This document shows, one piece after another, positions 51,033 through 63,583 of a stretch of 64,000 bases of DNA. The DNA comes from Tricharina praecox. Lineage: Eukaryota. A model generated the notes under the pieces. That model saw only the letters and a program-made list of their open reading frames with translations, had not been told where the DNA came from and ran no database searches. A program made the translations under genes and the position numbers. The stretch spans positions 744,001 through 808,000 of the forward strand of contig NW_026250419.1 in NCBI RefSeq assembly GCF_024521635.1, read 5' to 3'. Every line of letters begins with the position of its first letter. The stretch's first letter is position 1.

Positions 51033-53056
51033 ATGGCCATGCTGCCGCTGAATCGCCGCTTTCTCTGCATCGGCCTGGTCGTGGGCGTTCTGGCCGTGTC
51101 GCGCACGCTCGCCGCGAACGAAAAGTTGCCGATACATGTGCCCACGGATGGCGCAAAGTGGTTTGTTGTCCCCCCGTTCGCACGCGCGCCCGCTCGAGCT
51201 GATCCCCCATCCTCCCGGCCGACAGGTATGGAAACGACGGAGAATGGTCGACGATAACGCTGCGGCTCGGGAATCCCGTGCAGACCGTATATCTCATCGT
51301 GGGAACGAGCTCCTCCATCACCACTACCGTGGGCTCGGTCTGGTGTAATGATCCGAGATCCGGCTACAGCTGCGATTCGCGCGGACGCTCGTTCTCGCCT
51401 GCGAATTCTATAACGTGGAAGGAGATCGGCCCGTACGAGCTCGGGTTGCTGCCAAATCTCGTCGAACCTAATCTGCAGCACACCAGCAAGGACTTCGGCT
51501 TTGGCGAGTTCGGGCGGGATTCGATAAAAATCGGCAGCGAGGATGGCAGGGAGCTGCTGATGAACGACCAGACGATCGCAATAGTCAACGACACGACACA
51601 GCTTTTGGGGTCGCTGGGATTGAGCTTAAAGAGTCGTAGCTTTGTCGCCGAGGAACTGTATCCGAGTTTTGTCTCGACGCTCTTCGACACGGGCACCATC
51701 CCTTCTAGGTACATAGCAACACCTGCTGAAATCTCGCGCGCTTGAGCGCTCGACGTGGCGATGACCCACTGACGTTCCCGCAGGAGCTGGGGATATACTG
51801 CAGGAAACTTTGGACAGAGGTCTCCGGCCGATCTCGTGTTGGGCGGGACGAACGTCGGCCGCTACGTGCCGCACAACATTTCGTTTGCGCTCGACGCCAA
51901 CCAGAATCCCATCGCCAGCTTGAATAAGATTATCGTGTCGGGCACCGGCACTCCACCGTGGGGCGCCGGCCCGGCAACTCTCATGATTGAGCCCGCGTTG
52001 GTCCAGATCGACTCGACAACGCCGTTTCTCTGGCTTCCCGAAAGCGCGTGCAGGCAGTTTGAAACATATCTGGGCTTGAAATGGAATTCGACCAGCAACC
52101 TATATCTCATGAACGATACGAGTGTATACGACGGCCTCGTGAGACTGAACATGACTTTCTCATTCATACTGGAGCGGGAGATCGGCAGCACCAATCAGGT
52201 CAGAATCGATGTACCGTACGAGTCTCTCGACCTCAAGATCTCGTGGCCCTACGTCAACACCACCGAAAAGTTGAGATACTTCCCCCTCAAGCGCGCAACG
52301 GACGAGAAACAGTATACCCTCGGCCGTGCGTTCCTCCAGGACGCCTACATAGTGACGAATTTCGACCGCGGCAATTTTTCGCTGCATCAGGCAGTCTTTC
52401 CTCCTGGCGCCGACCAGATCGTCACCATCCTCAACCTGAAGGATGCGCCACAGAACACCTCTTCCGGTGGGGGTGGTGGCATTTCCACCGGCGCAATAGC
52501 GGGTATAGCTGTCGGCGCCGGCCTGGTTGTTATCGCCGCTCTGATCGCAGTTTTCTATTTCCGCCGCCGTCGTCGTCTCCGCAACAAGCGGAAGGAGCTG
52601 CCGGGGGACATGCCCGGTGGGATGGCGGGCGGGATGCCCGCAGAACTGCCCAATGAGCAAAAGCCGGGCGTGTGGGAAGCGTACGGCGAATCAGCGCAAA
52701 AGCCGTACGGCAGTCAGATCCCAACGATCGAGATGGCGGCGGAGGACATACCCGTGGAGCGCACCGAACTGGCAGCCGTCAACATGGATCCGGCAGAACT
52801 GTCGGGAATCTCGAGGGAACGCGAACGCTTCTCGTGGGAAGACGTCGACCCAGTGCCACATCGGAACGTCGACAGCCCGCTCCTGCCCCCGCACCAGCAG
52901 ATGCTCCTGCACCAGGGAGAGGTCATCAGTCCTGTAAGGTCCTCCATGACGGCAGAATCACATCACCGTTCCGTTAGCGATATTAGTCCGGCTACGCCAG
53001 ATTCGCGGCCGCATAGTAATGCTTTCAGCCCTATCAGCCCGGGTTCGCCTAGGTAG
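51033..53056 (+). CDS. Single-pass membrane pepsin-like (A1) protein, probably catalytically inactive
   Basis: Exons 51033-51160, 51226-51708, 51784-53056. Signal peptide, WYGNDGEWST, IPSRSWGYTAG, IDSTTPFLWLP, LGRAFLQDAY, TM helix ISTGAIAGIAVGAGLVVIAALIAVFYF followed by RRRRR and a long tail. Confidence 0.9.
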
Positions 53057-54032
53057 TGAGCGTGCTTTATAATTCCTTACGTATGTCTGCGGGCTGGGGG
53101 CGCGTTTGCAATTTTGATACTGTATCTATCGTTTCTAATCCTTCCTTCCTTCTTTCCTTTCTTCCTTTCTTCCTTCATGGCGTTCTTTCTTTCTTTGATA
53201 CCTATCCATGTGTTTCCATATACGTCCGCATTACGCACTGTCCGATGTTATGTTTAGTGGAGTTGATGCATTTTGTGTGTTCTCGTTTGGGTGGTGGGGT
53301 GGGGCGTGGGCAGCTGGGACGATGAATCTTGAGCACAGTACAGTACAGTACATAGACATGACACGCGCGATCCTTCGGGCTCTGTACATACATTATGTAC
53401 ATACGATGTAAGTGTCCACTCATGTACCGTGTATGTACTAGATGTACGGGATGTATTGGATGGCTCAGTGAATAATTCGAGGAGAAGAAAGAAAATAGTC
53501 GGCGATGCGCACTGCGCAGCGCAGGCAGCGAAAGCGGCTGAGCCAGGACTTGGCCAGGACTTGGCCCTGGCGGCGAAAAATATCTGTGCAGTGCAGTGCA
53601 GACGCACACACATCCATCACACGACACCGGCAACCCATTTCGGTTTTTGACGACTTCTTCAGAGTCTTCAGCCGTTCCTGGCCGTGGACGGTGGAGCAGT
53701 CAATCCAGTCAACCAGTCAACACTGCCCCACCGAAAGATACGCCCCGAACCCCGATCATTAGAACTTGGAGGACATGCCAACGTGTCCTCTGGCTTGGCT
53801 TGGTCTGCTGCGATGTCAGCTCCAGTGCATGTGCTCTGTGCTCGGGACTTGCCGTTGCAGCAGACGGTTCGTGGGAGGGCAAGTGGGTGCGTGGGAGGTG
53901 CGTGGTGGGTGGTGGGTGCATATCTTGACTGCGTGCGGCTGAACTCGATTCGAGTTCAGGGACAGCCACCGCCACCAGACTGTGATTGGCTGGCTGGCTG
54001 GCTGGAGAGGCTTGGACGATATATCGTGACGG

Positions 54033-54161
54033 GGAGCAGTCCTAGCGGTGGAGCAGTCCCACGGGAGCAGTCCTCGCAGGGGAGCAGTCCCAGCGGGGAG
54101 CAGTCCCAGTCACTGTGGAGAGCAGTCCCAGTGGGGGGGCAGTCCTAGTGGGGAGCAGTCC
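54033..54161 (+). repeat. Array of 8 copies of the core GGAGCAGTCC with short variable spacers
   Basis: Cores start at 54033, 54050, 54064, 54081, 54097, 54119, 54136 and 54152; two carry one mismatch. Confidence 0.92.
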
Positions 54162-55972
54162 ACTTCTGTTGCCTTCTGCTTGCCTTCTGCTAGCCCTTCC
54201 GTCCCGTCACGCTTTAGACGCGGGAGGAGAGGTGCAGGATGTCAAGCCGTCAACTTGGCAGTGAGAAGTGCGCACTGCCCGCGTCCTGCCCGCAACCTGC
54301 CTGCCGCTTGACGTAAACGAATCTGGTGGCGTCGCTTGGCGGGTCTTTGCGCTCATACACAAGTAAGTAGGGACGGGTTGGAGGTTGCGGGTTGGAGGTT
54401 GGAACTGGAGGCTGAATTGATGCAAGCTGGAGGTTGGATGGAGGTTAGATGGATGCAAGCTGGATGGCTGGATGGGCCGGGCACAGCTAGAGTATCTACT
54501 GCACTCTAGTAGGGCTGCGCTTGAATGCTTCATGTATGTATGGATAGGCAGCAGTGGTGTTCTGGGTGTTGGGTTTTGGGACGGGCGGGCGAGACCTACT
54601 AGCTACATACCTAGGTGGGTACAGACTGTCGGTACATACACAAATTGACCTTTCCTTTCCGTATCTAATGATGCTCGGCGGATTCGCCTTTGTCGTGCGT
54701 ACTGCGCACTGCGCGGTGAGGGCGTCTCCAGAAGGGATTGTAGGAGGAGAGGGAGGAGGAGGACCGGACTGAACTTGTCATTGTGGCGTGGTCAATGGTC
54801 ATAAAGTACTGTTGATACTAGATACCAGAGTACCGTACACTGTACAGTCAAATGGGACATAGGATTGTGTGCTATCTATCGATGTACGGTGGTTTTCTTG
54901 CATGATCGATTGGTTCTAGAATCTACATTCCCCCTCCCCCAAAAAAGTATGTAGAATGTATGTATGTGGCCGGTTTCAATATCGTACATACCGATAGGTA
55001 GCACACGGTAAATCCTGCCTTCAGGCTCCTCCCCCTATGTCCAAGTACCTATATCTGTAGTAAGCAGAGCTGAGTATTTCGGTTTTTGTTTTTGTTTGTT
55101 TGTTTTTCGTAAGCAGTATTTTGTTTTGTTTCATGTTGCAAGCTGATACCGGTGCTACAGTCTACATATCAGTCGGACATCTCACCCAAAAATGCGAGTA
55201 GATGCATGCATACCTATCAGCTCCGCGTGAGTGATTATGATTCAACGTTTGATATTCCCTACGACTGGAGACTGCACTCCTACATAGCCTGAGTGAGACT
55301 GTGAGACGAGACGAGATGGCCGTCGGGTCTTCGGAGAATTACGCTTCTCTACAACACTCTCCTTCCAGGTATGAACTCCCCTTCCCCCACCTCCCCTATG
55401 CAGCGCGCAATCCCCGTACCTTGCTCGTCAGTATATAATTCATCAGCAAGCGGCAGGTATTGAGTGTTGAGTAAGCATCCACCGGTGAGTGTTGACTTCC
55501 ATTTGCCTGTTGGGTGTTGAGTGTTAATTGAGTGTTGAGTAAGCAGCCACCACCCACCGGTGAGCGGTGAGTGATCCTACATATCATACCTCCTACCCAA
55601 GCAAGCAGTATGCCCTAGCCATTAGCCATCCTCACCACGGATGATCTGCAAACCTTACCGAACTGGATCCATTCTCCGTCCGCAATTTATATCCCCGCTT
55701 TTACAGTGCACACCCTGCCACGGCTAGGCAGCGCGTGCGAGATAGAGTGCCCCACCCCCATATTACGCTTCTTCTGAGTGCCTTCAAAGTGGGCGCGCGC
55801 GGGTTCCTGACTCGGCAAACGAAGCTCGCTCGCTCGCTTCGATGCGCGGTCGGTCGGTCGTTCAGGTGTCGAAGCAACATCAAGATTAAGAAGCCCGGAA
55901 AATATCGAGCGCAACCTCCGCTGTCCTGACTTAATGTAAAAGATTAGCTGGTAGTGAAAGTCACCATCATCA

Positions 55973-56080
55973 GGCAGGATGGCCGAGTTGGTTATGGCGC
56001 CAGGTTAAGGTTACCTTAATACGATCGTTTCGATTCCTGGTTCGGGAAACTGAGCGTGGGTTCAAGTCCCACTCCTGTCA
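55973..56080 (+). tRNA. tRNA-Leu(AAG) with 24-nt intron
   Basis: Mature sequence identical to the other two copies; the intron differs at two positions; oligo-T terminator follows. Confidence 0.96.
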
Positions 56081-56651
56081 CGACTTCTTTTTTGGTCTTT
56101 TTTTTTTGCTTGGTAGAGATTTGCCGTGGGGATACTAGAGCGAGGAATAAGAGGAGGAGGAGGAGGGGCGAGGTTGAGCCGGGGGACGGACGGAGTCTTG
56201 TTCTTACATACGAGTCACGGCTTGTGCCCCGTGGGTCCCCCCGGAGGATCATAGTACAGCCGGGCCGATCTACTACATACAGCATTAGAAATCCCGGAAA
56301 GCAGGCATTTGTTGCCTTATTCAATACCGGTACCGAAGCCGAGCACACGGCTACTACTAGTAGTAGCTCCGGAATGACTGAGAAGCTCGACACGGTACAT
56401 ATCTAGGTCATACCTAGCTCACTCACCCACCAGGCACCTGAAGACGTCATGAGTTCAGACCACGTCCCCTGATCATCTGGTAGGTACATATCATACGCGT
56501 ACTCAACTCGGAGCACTGGCCAGTGACGTCACGAAGCGCACCTACCAACCTCTAGGTATGCCTTCAAAGTTCAAACCGTAAACGGCCTTCCCGCCTTTTT
56601 CCGCCCTTTTCAGTCGTTTATTTTCACTTTGTACACTACAATACACTCCAC

Positions 56652-56702
56652 TACACATCATACACATCATACACATCATACACATCATACACATCATACA
56701 TC
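56652..56702 (+). repeat. 9-bp tandem repeat (TACACATCA) x5-6
   Basis: Read directly. Confidence 0.92.
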
Positions 56703-57448
56703 GTACATGATTCCGTTGGGAACTTGGGGCTCGGTCCATGCGGTGTACTAGGTGGCAGAAAGTGCTTGGGTACCGTATGTTGAGATGCGGCGGGATGCGG
56801 CGGCGGATTGGGGTCGGGTTGGGGTTTCCGTTTTTGTCGTTCTGGGGTGAGCGAGTTGGTGATCTTCCCCGAAATATGCAGGTAGCAAGCTTCGAGTACT
56901 CAGTGCACTGTGTAGGTACAAGGTAGGTGCTAAGTGAGGCCCGAATCTCTTGCTGTTACAGATTCAATGGCACGGTAGGTATGTTGCAACAGGGGAAGGG
57001 GAAGTGTGGCGATATATCACTCGATTTCTTGGTCCGCGAGGTATGGGCCTTTATCCCTTTTGTTACACTTAAAAGGTTGTGGTCGTTGTGTTATGTGAAT
57101 CATGTTGGCGGATGGAATGTAATCATGCAGTTTTCCCTAATGGCTCGCCGAGATTACAAGCGGTCTTTGTACAGTGGTTACAGCTTTGGCATTCTTCTAG
57201 GTATCACTGATACCCATCATTTGATAGCCTACTAGTACACCACCCTCGTCCCTCGTCGGGGCCTCACAAGACAAGACCATCGTCACGGTAGTACACAGTA
57301 CACATACACAGAGTAGGTAATTCGACAAAGCAACTTAAAGCACAAACAGATATCGCCCTCGCACATATCCCTCCCCACTCTCTCGCAAGCACGCTCGCTA
57401 ACCCAGCACCATTAAATCCGCACCCATTCCCCACCCACTCCGACCCGC

Positions 57449-60400
57449 TCAAGCCCTCCCCTTCCCCTTCCCATGCGCCTGCGCCTGCTCATACTCCTGC
57501 AAACTCAACCTGATAGCGAGCTCCAGATCATCCTCAAACTCGTCGCCTGTGTGGGCGGCAATGGGGGCAGACCACTGGGCAAGTTCACTGATGGGCACCT
57601 TGACGCGGCCGCCCTTCTTCGGTGATCCACGGGGCATCGGACTAGCAGCCAACGAGGGCGGGAGGCGTGCGGGGTAGGAGTTGCTCGGTCCCGCAGTAGC
57701 GGTCGACTCCGTAAACAGCGAAGGGTCCTCCCACAGTTCTTCTTCCGCGGGTCCCGGGTCTTCCATCTTGCTGACCTCAACGTCCTGGAGGCTGAGTCGT
57801 AAAGCGCGCTGGAAATCATCGTCTCCTTCCTCGTGGCTGAAGCTTCTCAGGGAGCCCTCGGGCGTAATGGTCTGGGAGCTGCGCCCGCTGAGGCTGCTGC
57901 CGACGTCGCTGCGGTTGGAGGATTCCCGCTCGAAGGTTTCCTGCGAGACCATGCTGGCGTATGCGAGCATCTCCTCCTCGCTGAGCGCGGCGTGGCCGAT
58001 ACCGATGCCGTAGCGCTTCTCGAGTTCTTCCGCCGCCCGCCATTCCAGTTCTCTTTCCTTCTGCAACGCCAATGAATCGCCAACGATTACGTCTCGAACC
58101 CCGGCCTTTCCGTTGTTCCAATTGGGCGTTCCACCGCGTCTGCCCACTCCACCAACCTTCTTTCCCTTCTTGCCCGGGTTGAAATCCTTGGTCGAGAGGC
58201 TCCAGTAGCGGATGAGCGTACCGAGCGCCACAACACCACGGAGGGCTGTCGGGTCCGGATCGAGCACCAGACATCGAGCAGCGAACTGGTTGTCTTGGAT
58301 TATGACGCCGACGTTTTGCTCCAACCTGCGCCGTGCCCTGGCCGAGAACCTGGAGTGAAGCGTTCGCACGGGGGCACTCGTCGATCCGAGTGGATCCCAG
58401 GCTTGTACTAAGCCGTCGTCTCCGCCGTGGACTACGAGCAGTGAGGAGACAGCGAGCGTGGTGATCTGCGGACTGTCTGTGTGGATGATCCGGATGGGAC
58501 GCCCGTTTGCTGCGGGCCTTATGTTGAAGACAAAAATTGACCCATTGTTGGTTCCGACAGCAAAGAGTCGGGCACTTCCTCCTGGCAATCTCTGCTGCTG
58601 CATACTATCTTCGGTGGGGGCGAGCCTGGAGATAGGGGAATTGTCGATACTGTATGCCGTGATTCGAGTAAACAGTCCACCCGGAATGCGCATTTCGGTA
58701 GCAATCCAGTCGTCCTTTTGGTCGGGGGTTTCAATTCCATCTTCCGATAACTCGGTCGATGGCGAAACGCTGCCGGATCCGTTTAGGCAACCTCCAAAGG
58801 GAGATTGCTTCTCCGGATTCCCACTTCGAATATCGCGGACGAAACTCTCCGGCTTGGTCGCCCACGCTTGTCGCAGGTGGTAACTCGTTAAAGGTATGTC
58901 TGCCTTGTGGGTCAAAGCTCCATCCAAGTTGCTCTGGCTTCCAGTCCTCCCGGTGATGACGTTACCGCCGGCCCAATCCATTTCCATGAACCAGTCCATC
59001 CGGCATCCTTCCCACAGACATTTGATGCGAGAATACTCCATGTTCAGCAGCAATTGTTCCATCTCTTCGGGCTTGTCGAGCAGTCCTTCACCGAGCCCGA
59101 AAAAGATGTCATCATGCATAGGTGTTGCGATTCGGGTCGTCTGTGGGATGATCTTCCAGTCGTCGATTGAAGAATTCCCAGGCTTGCCGCGAAGGTAGTA
59201 GATTTCCCCCAATGCGTTGATCACGGCAACCCAAGGCCTCCTCACGTACTTGGCCGTCCCGGGAGAGAAGTCCTCGTCCACTTTGATTTGTACGATTGGT
59301 ATTCCCGGAGATATGCAGTACACTCCAATTTGCTCCCGGATATGTTCGCTTCCTCTGGTCTCGCCTCTAGCAAATTTGCTTTTATTGGGTTCGATCGAAA
59401 ATATACGGAGGTATCCTCTAGAATTGCCGACCATAGCGGAAGCCCTGGTACTGTCACGGACACCGCCACTGCGCTTCTTCGCGATCCAGACGCAAGTAAC
59501 TGATGGGTTGTGTCCGTAGTTTCCAGCTTGAATATAATCCGCGTTCTGAGGATCGATGGGATTCCGGTCGCGCATGTTAAGGTTATCGAATGGCTGAAGA
59601 TAGCATTTGCCGTCCGGGACATTTTCGCCCATGATCCATCCTAGCGATTCCGAGAGATCCATGACATGATTGACGTTCATGTCGACGGCGACCTCGTAAT
59701 CAGGATGGTACTGCTGGATGTGCCGGGGCGCAAGAGGGATTGCTGCACTGTGCAACACCATTCCTAACATACAGGCAACTCATATTAGTCGGTGTCGTTA
59801 GCAATAGGTGCAGCAAGAGCACAAACCTCTTGTAGGGTCGCTGTCTGTCACAAACCGAGTTTCGAGACAAGCATGCACCGCCCGGACCCCAGCTTCAGAG
59901 AAGTTTGCCGCCATATGGCTGACGCTCAATGGTCCTGTCGAAGAGCGATATGTAACCACCAAGTTCCCACCGTTCTGCTTGTTCGAGACGCCATAACCCT
60001 GCGACTTTCCTCTGCTCAGACTCCGAAGCAGCCGGGTCCTTTGCATATACTCTTTCCTCCAGAAGTTGCCGCCAGAATCGGTCGCCGATAGCCGCGTGAA
60101 GTACCGCCTATCTTGAGAAGCGAGTTGTGAAGGTGAAACACGGTCGTCCAACTGTGCACTCGGAAGCGGAAAGAAGCGAACAAACGCCGAGCGCCACGCA
60201 TCCGGCGAGTTGACCATGGCGTAGAATCGTTTCGATATCAGAGACGCAGCCAGAAGCGCCGAAGGCTCGAGGAACGACAGGACGTGGATCAGAACCTCTA
60301 GGGGACTGTTAGCCGCAGTCGACACATACGGGGGGGGCAAAGGTGGGGCATACCATTGGGAAATCGAGAGATCGGACTCGACGACTTCCCAGTCCAGTCG

Positions 60401-60675
60401 GTCCTGGTAACGGTGAACTGTACTGCATTCGCTACATCGTATCGCGCAATCCGGTTGGCCTTGTCCGAGCGGGGAGTGTGCTCTCCGTTCTGCGCAGAAT
60501 CTAACGCGCCTCCGCCTCGGCCTCCTCCCCCGCTACCGCCGACATCGCTGCCGTCGGGAGGGTGGGAACCACCAAAGACAGCTGAACCTGAGCCATATTG
60601 CGAGTTGTTGGTTGGAGACGCTAGAGAGAGGTTCGGAAGAGGCACGAGGTTATCTGTTGATGATCCTGATTGCAT
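57449..60675 (-). CDS. F-box/WD-repeat protein with C-terminal UIM-like motifs (Pof10-like)
   Basis: Introns 60353-60298 and 59826-59764. F-box SRFPNEVLIHVLSFL...ISKRFY; WD-like LVVHGGDDGLVQAWDPL; UIM-like SEEEMLAYASMVSQE, DDDFQRALRLSLQD and EDDLELAIRLSLQE. Confidence 0.9.
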
Positions 60676-61376
60676 AAACGGGGGTTTGATCGGTATGGGT
60701 TCAATGAACAGCGGGCCGTTTCTGAGCGTTTAGAAAGGCCTGAAGGGTGAGCGATAGGTATGACGAGATGTGAGCGAGTACGGAGAAGCAGAAGCGGGGG
60801 AGTGGGGGGAGGGGGGATCAGTTAGGCGGATGCAGGCGACGAATGTAGGAAAGGAGAACGAGATGTGATCCGCAGGCTGGAGAGAAATTTTGTGCGACAG
60901 GCGAGTGGTGACTAAGCGACAGCAATCAAGTAAGCAACGTCAATCAGCCGCAAGATGAGTAAGTGTCGGTTGGCAGGAAGGGGGAGGGGGAATCGGATTT
61001 ATCTACAGTTGGCAGGAAGGGAATAACATTAGAACGACCTTCAGCTTGCGGCAAATTGCAATGCGCATTGCAAACAAGTAAATTCATGGAATGTAGTTTC
61101 GACATCACATGGCTCATCGCGTGACGAGTCGAGTGATTTCCTGTGTACACGAGTAGATATGGGTGGTACAAGTACTTCCGCTCCACACATAGTATCGTGG
61201 ACTGCGCCCTTGCAGAGTGAAGCTCACCGGGCGCTGCATGGCGAGGCTCGAAGATCCTGCGGAGATGGACGGGGTTGCACGGCTTGAGTCGGTGAGATGA
61301 GACCAAGGTTAACTAAGACTTTGGTTCCTTCGACACGGACCCGTGCCGTCATACTGATTCCCAGCGGAATCCGTCC

Positions 61377-61605
61377 TTCCGGAGACGAGAGAGGGGGGAA
61401 TCACTCTACTCCATTGTATGTAATATTTCTGGAGGCGAGAGAGAGGGGGGGAATCACTCTACTCCATTGTATGTAATATTTCTGGAGGCGAGGGAGAGGG
61501 ACAGAGAGAGAGACAGAGACAGAGAGACAGAGGCAGAGAGAGACAGAGAGAGTCACAGTGAGACAGAGATAGAGATAATCGCTCTACTCCATTTTCATCT
61601 TTCCG

Positions 61606-61637
<32 letters not shown>

Positions 61638-61661
61638 TCACTCTATTGCCATCTTTCCGGA
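61377..61661 (+). repeat. Four-unit minisatellite with an embedded variable-length (GA)n tract
   Basis: Unit TTC(C/T)GGAG(A/G)CGA-(GA-rich)-(A)TC(A/G)CTCTA...; the first two units are nearly identical. Confidence 0.85.
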
Positions 61662-63583
61662 AGCAGGGGACTTGCGTCACGGCAGCTCGGAACATTACCG
61701 AGTGAGGGTCCATGCGCATGCACTCTAGAGTAGAGAGTTACGCGGCCGACGGCTGAGTTCCAATTGGATCTGGAGGGTCATACGAGTACATATAGATGTC
61801 GGCGCTCGGGAGTCGGCAGCAGCTGTGATTCGCCGACATCATGACGGTGGTGCGTGTAGCCCATTAGCGTTCCATCTCTCTCCGTGCCGTTCTGCATCGG
61901 GGTTTTCACGGATCGTCCACCATGCGTGCCATCAACATGATCGTTAGCGAGACGGAGAGCTTGAGCTTCGAAATCCTCACGGCGCGCGCGAACAGCCTCC
62001 TCCTCGTCACCATCGATCAAGTGCTCGGATTAAATACAGCAGCCTTGTAGCCAAGAAGTGCCTACCCAAGTAAGCAAGTGTCCAGCTCCACGCCGTAGAC
62101 AAGCATTGCAAGGATCACCTTCGAGACACCTGCGACTGCAGCGCACTAGAGCTCTTTTTCTTTTTTTTTTTCTTTCGCTTTTTCTCGCTCGCGTGAGGGC
62201 GGGCCCGAAACGATTGGTGTTCCGGAGATCGGGCCGCAGGAGTCGTCAGTTCGTCAGTGGTTAGTCGTCAGGCCAGTCAAATGTTTCCAGAGTTCGGATG
62301 TAGCATACCCACGGTACGCTCGCCTCCAAAGCTGACCACGCACGCGTCAAAATCGCTCGCTCGCTCGATCGCGGTCCATTCGGCCTTCGCAGCCGTTTCA
62401 TCCTTCGTTCTCTGCCGTCTTCTTCTTTCGCTTCATTCGTTTGTCGGCCCTGGGGCGTTCCTGACTTGTCGGACGGCCATCCCGATCTCGACCACCTGTA
62501 TGGCTCAACCATAGAGTGCCGCACACCCATCCATGGCGATAATAACAATACCACACGCACCGGCAATCATAACGCCCATGTCGAGTACACTCGATCTACA
62601 TGCCAACCGTCCACCGCCCACCTATCTGCCTATCCTTTCTATCTCCATCCTGCTGCCGATGAGCTGACTCGCCTCGTCCACCAGCGCCTCAACTGACCGT
62701 CCTCCGCCTCCTCCTCCTCCTCTCCCTCCTCCTCCGCGCCTCGCCTAGAATTGCGCCGTGAGTCCTCTCCGCATTCCGCAGCTGACACCCGCCACTTGCC
62801 CCACATTGTCTCAGCTCGGCGTTCCGTTGCCAATCCCGGAGACTCTGCGGCGCAAAACCGCATCATTCAACGCACTCATCCAGCTAGCATGACCGCCTCC
62901 GACCAGGTGTGGGTGTCACCCACACTCCGCCTTCTGACTCCCGGACCACTCTGCCAGCTCTAGGCATACATCATCGACACCGCAGCGACACCAGCAGCAG
63001 CGAAGCCAGCAAACCTTCGCGAAACTGACGCTGGCAACCACTCTGTCCGAGACTTACTGCGAACCAGACCTGGGTAGAGTAGAGTACTGCGAGCCAGAGT
63101 GAGGTACATTCATTCCTTCCCCGATAGTTACAGCCCACCCGCACTCCTTCGCCCCCCCTCCTCCCGAAATAAATAAAAACCCTCTCCGTCTCTTCCGACC
63201 CCCGGTCCAACTGACTGACTCTACTTCCCTTTATCCACCGCCGCCTCATTCTCCTCCTTCTCCTTCTGCTTCATTCTTCCCCCCCCCCATTCAACTCATC
63301 CACCTACAGAAACCTCTCACAACCCACTATATTCTATTCCATCACCCCGTTTTTACCCCGCCGACGCGTCGGAACAACTTGAAAAGCAAACGGAATTTAA
63401 TATAAAAAAAAACCCCCCTCCCCCACCACCGGTCGAACCCGAATCGAGAATCCGAATACGAACCCCCCTTCGCACCACGAACCACCCAGTTGCAGCTCCC
63501 ATAACCTCTCCCGCCACCTTTCGTCTGCCCGAACTGGCTCCCCCACGCCAGCTATACAAGTCTCCGAACCTCCTACGACCACC

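Noticed and set aside
54031..54163. CRISPR-like appearance of the core/spacer array
   Set aside because: Repeats of 10 bp and spacers of 4-12 bp are far below CRISPR sizes, there are no cas genes, and the context is eukaryotic.
56440..56535. CRE-like TGACGTCA palindrome
   Set aside because: A single 8-mer is expected about once per 64 kb by chance, and it is not upstream of any called gene.
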